64,000 bases of DNA, from contig OZ243961.1 in the NCBI GenBank assembly GCA_965214605.1, positions 4,064,001 through 4,128,000 on the forward strand, given 5' to 3'. The notes under the pieces are model-generated. The model made no database searches. It had not been told where the DNA came from and worked only from the letters and a program-made list of their open reading frames with translations. Shown here in pieces: positions 61,121 through 64,000 of the stretch. A program made the translations under genes and the position numbers. This DNA comes from an uncultured Candidatus Binatia bacterium. GTDB lineage: Bacteria > Desulfobacterota > Binatia > Bin18. The first letter of the stretch is position 1. Every line of letters starts with the position of its first letter.

Positions 61121-62125
61121 ATGCGTGTGTTGGTGACCGGAGCGTCCGGTTTTGTGGGCGGAATTGTCGCCCGTGCCTTGGTCCAGGCCGGACACGAAGT
61201 GCGGGCTCTGACCCGGCCTCAGGCTGACTGTCGTCTGCTGGCCGATTTGCCTGTAACAACCGTCGCAGGTGATGTCCGTAACCTTGATGCAGTCCGTCGG
61301 GCAACGGCCGGCTGTTCCCAGGTGTACCATGTCGCGGCGCTCTACAAGCTGTGGGTACGCCGTCAGCGAGATATGTATGAGAGCAACGTGACCGGAACCG
61401 AGAACGTTCTTCGGGCGGCAGAGGACCTTGGCGTGGAGAGGATCGTGTATACCAGCTCTGTGGCGACTCTGGGCTGTGCCGGGGATGGAAGCTTAGGCCG
61501 AGAGGACACGCCGGTGTCTCTGGCTGATATGCTCGGCCACTATAAGCGTAGTAAGTTTCTGGCCGAACAAGTCGCACTGAAATACGCCCGACGGGGAGTC
61601 CCGGTTGTCATTGTTAATCCGAGTACACCAGTTGGTATCGGCGACCTCAAACCGACACCAACCGGACGGATGATCGTCGATTTTTTGAACGGTCGGATAC
61701 CGGGCTATGTTGATACCGGTCTCAATTTGGTCGATGTCGAAGATGTTGCACAAGGTCATCTGTTGGCGGCCGAGAAAGGTCGTATTGGTGAGAAATATAT
61801 TCTAGGTCACGAGAATCTGACGCTCCGGCAGATCTTCGGACTGCTATCCGAGCTGACCGGTCAACCTGTTCCTAGGTTTAAGGTTCCGTATCCGCTGGCG
61901 CTTGGGGCAGCCTACGGAGATGCGGCGCTGGCGCGTCTCATTCCTGGCCGTGAGCCCTCAATTCCTCCGGTTGGAGTCAAATTGAGCAAAAAAAAGATGT
62001 TTTTTGATGCTACCAAGGCAATCCAGGAGCTGGGGTTGCCACAAACTCCGGTCCGTGAGGCGCTGCGCAAAGCGGTATCCTGGTTTCGACAGTTTGGCTA
62101 CATCAAAAAAGAGGTTGAGGCATAG
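61121..62125 (+). CDS. hpnA: Hopanoid-associated sugar epimerase HpnA
   Basis: TGASGFVG, YTSSVATLG, GHYKRSK, KPTPTG...VDTGLNLVDV. Confidence 0.9.
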   Translation: MRVLVTGASGFVGGIVARALVQAGHEVRALTRPQADCRLLADLPVTTVAGDVRNLDAVRRATAGCSQVYHVAALYKLWVRRQRDMYESNVTGTENVLRAAEDLGVERIVYTSSVATLGCAGDGSLGREDTPVSLADMLGHYKRSKFLAEQVALKYARRGVPVVIVNPSTPVGIGDLKPTPTGRMIVDFLNGRIPGYVDTGLNLVDVEDVAQGHLLAAEKGRIGEKYILGHENLTLRQIFGLLSELTGQPVPRFKVPYPLALGAAYGDAALARLIPGREPSIPPVGVKLSKKKMFFDATKAIQELGLPQTPVREALRKAVSWFRQFGYIKKEVEA

Positions 62126-62134
62126 AGCGGGGCG

Positions 62135-63371
62135 TTGGATATTTTCCTCTTGTTGGGCGCTGTCTCGGTTCTTGTGTGGCTTGGCATCCTCCTCCATCCC
62201 GCTCGTCCATGGGATTTTCAGCTGGTCGGTGAGGATAAGTCGGCTGATTGTGAGGACGCGCAATCAGATCGCTGGCCGTCCGTCTGTGTTCTGGTGCCGG
62301 CTCGCAACGAAGCCGAGGTCCTACCTCCACACCCTGCCTGCTCTGCTGCAACAGGACTATCCCGGTCACCTGACGATTCTTGTTGTTGATGAGCGTTCGG
62401 ACGATGCGAGCAGTGAGGTCGCCTGTCAGATGGGCCATCGGCTCGACACCTCACACCAACTGGTCGTCGTGTCTGGCGCTCCGCTCCCGCCCGGTTGGGT
62501 CGGAAAAGTCTGGGGACTTGAGCAGGGCGCGGCCGCCTGCGGTCTGGGCAGTCCTGGGACCGCAAGCTTATACTCTCAGCGGCGAAATTTTCTGCCGCGT
62601 CCCGACTATGTCTTGTTGACAGATGCCGATATTTACCACGCTCCACGTTCTGTCTGGCGACTAGTTGCAGAGAGCGAGCGGGGAGGGCTGGCCCTCAACA
62701 GTCGAATGGCTCGTCTGCGGTGCGTGTCCAGGACCGAACGCCTGCTGATTCCCCCCTTTGTCTTTTTCTTTGGTCTGTTGTATCCGATGCGGTGGGTGAA
62801 CAGCCCACGCCACCGGGTTGCCGCTGCGGCTGGCGGGTGTGTGCTGCTGACGGCCACTGGTTTGGAAAAAATCGGTGGTTTTGCCAGTATCAAAGGCGAG
62901 ATTATTGACGACCTGAATTTGGCCCTCCGTATCAAACGCGTCCCCTTGGCAGTACGCTTGAGCCTGAGTCGAACCGAGGTCACCAGTTTACGGGTGTATA
63001 ATGAACTCCGCACAATCTGGACCATGGTACGCCGGACCGCCTTTACCGAGCTGCGCTACTCGGCTCTGCGTCTTCTTGGCACCTTCGTTGGTTTAGGGCT
63101 GCTGTTTGTACTGCCCCCGGTGTGGTGCGTGGGCGGGCTAGGCCTAGCGCTGTGGACTGGAGCGGACACGCGAGCCCTCTTGCTCAGCCTCGAGGGCAGC
63201 GTCGCCCTAGTGCTCAGCGTTATTGTCTACTGGCCAGCTATTCGTTTCTTTGAGTTACCCCGTTACTGGGTATGGACGCTGCCACTGGCAGGGAGCTTAT
63301 ACGGAGCGATGACGGTCGATTCAGCCTTGCACTATTGGACTGGCAGGCGGATCGGCTGGCGGGATAACTAG
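62135..63371 (+). pseudogene. hpnB: Hopanoid glycosyltransferase HpnB with a single-base frameshift near 62327 (real or sequencing error)
   Basis: VPARNEAEVLP in one frame continues as HTLPALLQQDYPG, GWVGK, LTDADI, AAAAGGC, IIDD, WTMVRRTA in another. Confidence 0.8.
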
Positions 63372-63439
63372 TGTTATGATGGGGTGTCAAGGTTGAGGCC
63401 TGCTTGGCGTGAACCACACTCTAGCCTTAGACTCTCCCT

Positions 63440-64000
63440 ATGCAAAATACTCTTCCCCTGGCCGTTTTTACCGCCCTCTCCTGGGAGAGCGCCGCTGTGC
63501 GAGCCGCCCTACGTCAGCTCAGACGTGAAGACAAGCGGGTGTGGCGGGGAATGGCGGGCCAACGAGAGGTGGTAGTCATGGCCGGAGGGATCGGTCCGCG
63601 CCGGACACAGCGCGCGCTTGAGCGATTCCGCCATACGCCCCTGTCAGCCGTGTTGTCGGTCGGCTGTGCCGGTGCCCTGCGAGCAGACCTCGTTTCGGGC
63701 CAACTCGTGCTGGCGCCCGATGTTCGGATGTATGCGGCCACCGGCTCACAGTCGCAACTCGACCGCTTTCCCACCCATCCCGGTTTTTTGAGTCAAGCAC
63801 GGGCCGGAGCCGCGCGCGCCAGAATTTCTGTAGTGGACGGACCTCTCTTGAGCAGCCCGCGGGTACTGCTCAGCAGCCAGGAGAAAGCTCACTACGGCAG
63901 ACACACCCGGGCGGTTGCGGTAGAGATGGAAAGCGGCGTACATGCCACGTTTGCTCAGGCCCGGGATCTCCCTTTTTTGCCTTTACGGGTGATCCTCGAC
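63440..64000 (+). CDS. Nucleoside phosphorylase family protein, HpnG-like (runs off the window)
   Basis: Manual translation: FTALSWE, GGIG, SVGCAGAL, AVEMES, LRVILD; hopanoid context. Confidence 0.8.
   Translation, partial: MQNTLPLAVFTALSWESAAVRAALRQLRREDKRVWRGMAGQREVVVMAGGIGPRRTQRALERFRHTPLSAVLSVGCAGALRADLVSGQLVLAPDVRMYAATGSQSQLDRFPTHPGFLSQARAGAARARISVVDGPLLSSPRVLLSSQEKAHYGRHTRAVAVEMESGVHATFAQARDLPFLPLRVILD

Overview
Bacterial chromosomal window (GC roughly high-50s %, estimated by eye). The gene content (F420-dependent enzymes, D-aminoacylase, hopanoid genes, a copper membrane monooxygenase) would fit Candidatus Binatia or a similar delta-like uncultured lineage; this is inference only. 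Main blocks: hsp20 pair; compact box-type benzoate-CoA epoxidation operon; mixed metabolic genes; a near-complete ceramide/anionic sphingolipid cluster (cpgA/B/C-like, desaturase, cerR, spt, bcerS); a ~12.5 kb alcohol/copper-oxidation island; larC; ppiD; mreBCD-mrdA-rodA; trxA; start of a hopanoid operon (hpnA, frameshifted hpnB, hpnG-like). The strongest candidate for an undescribed system is the island at 34.1-46.7 kb. It carries a highly divergent CuMMO operon (pmoD-like, C, A, an extra small His-N-terminal membrane ORF, B, second pmoD-like, multicopper oxidase, His/Met-repeat cupredoxin) next to a PQQ alcohol dehydrogenase with the lanthanide-type Asp, a glycerol dehydrogenase, an esterase and a glyoxalase-fold protein. 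Second, two peroxiredoxin-family genes split by the ORF track are in-frame TGA selenoprotein candidates, and both have a hairpin with GTT at exactly +18..+20 after the TGA. Several intergenic stretches are decayed gene remnants. I found no rRNA, tRNA, CRISPR array or intact mobile element. All calls are from motif recognition by eye; no database searches were run.
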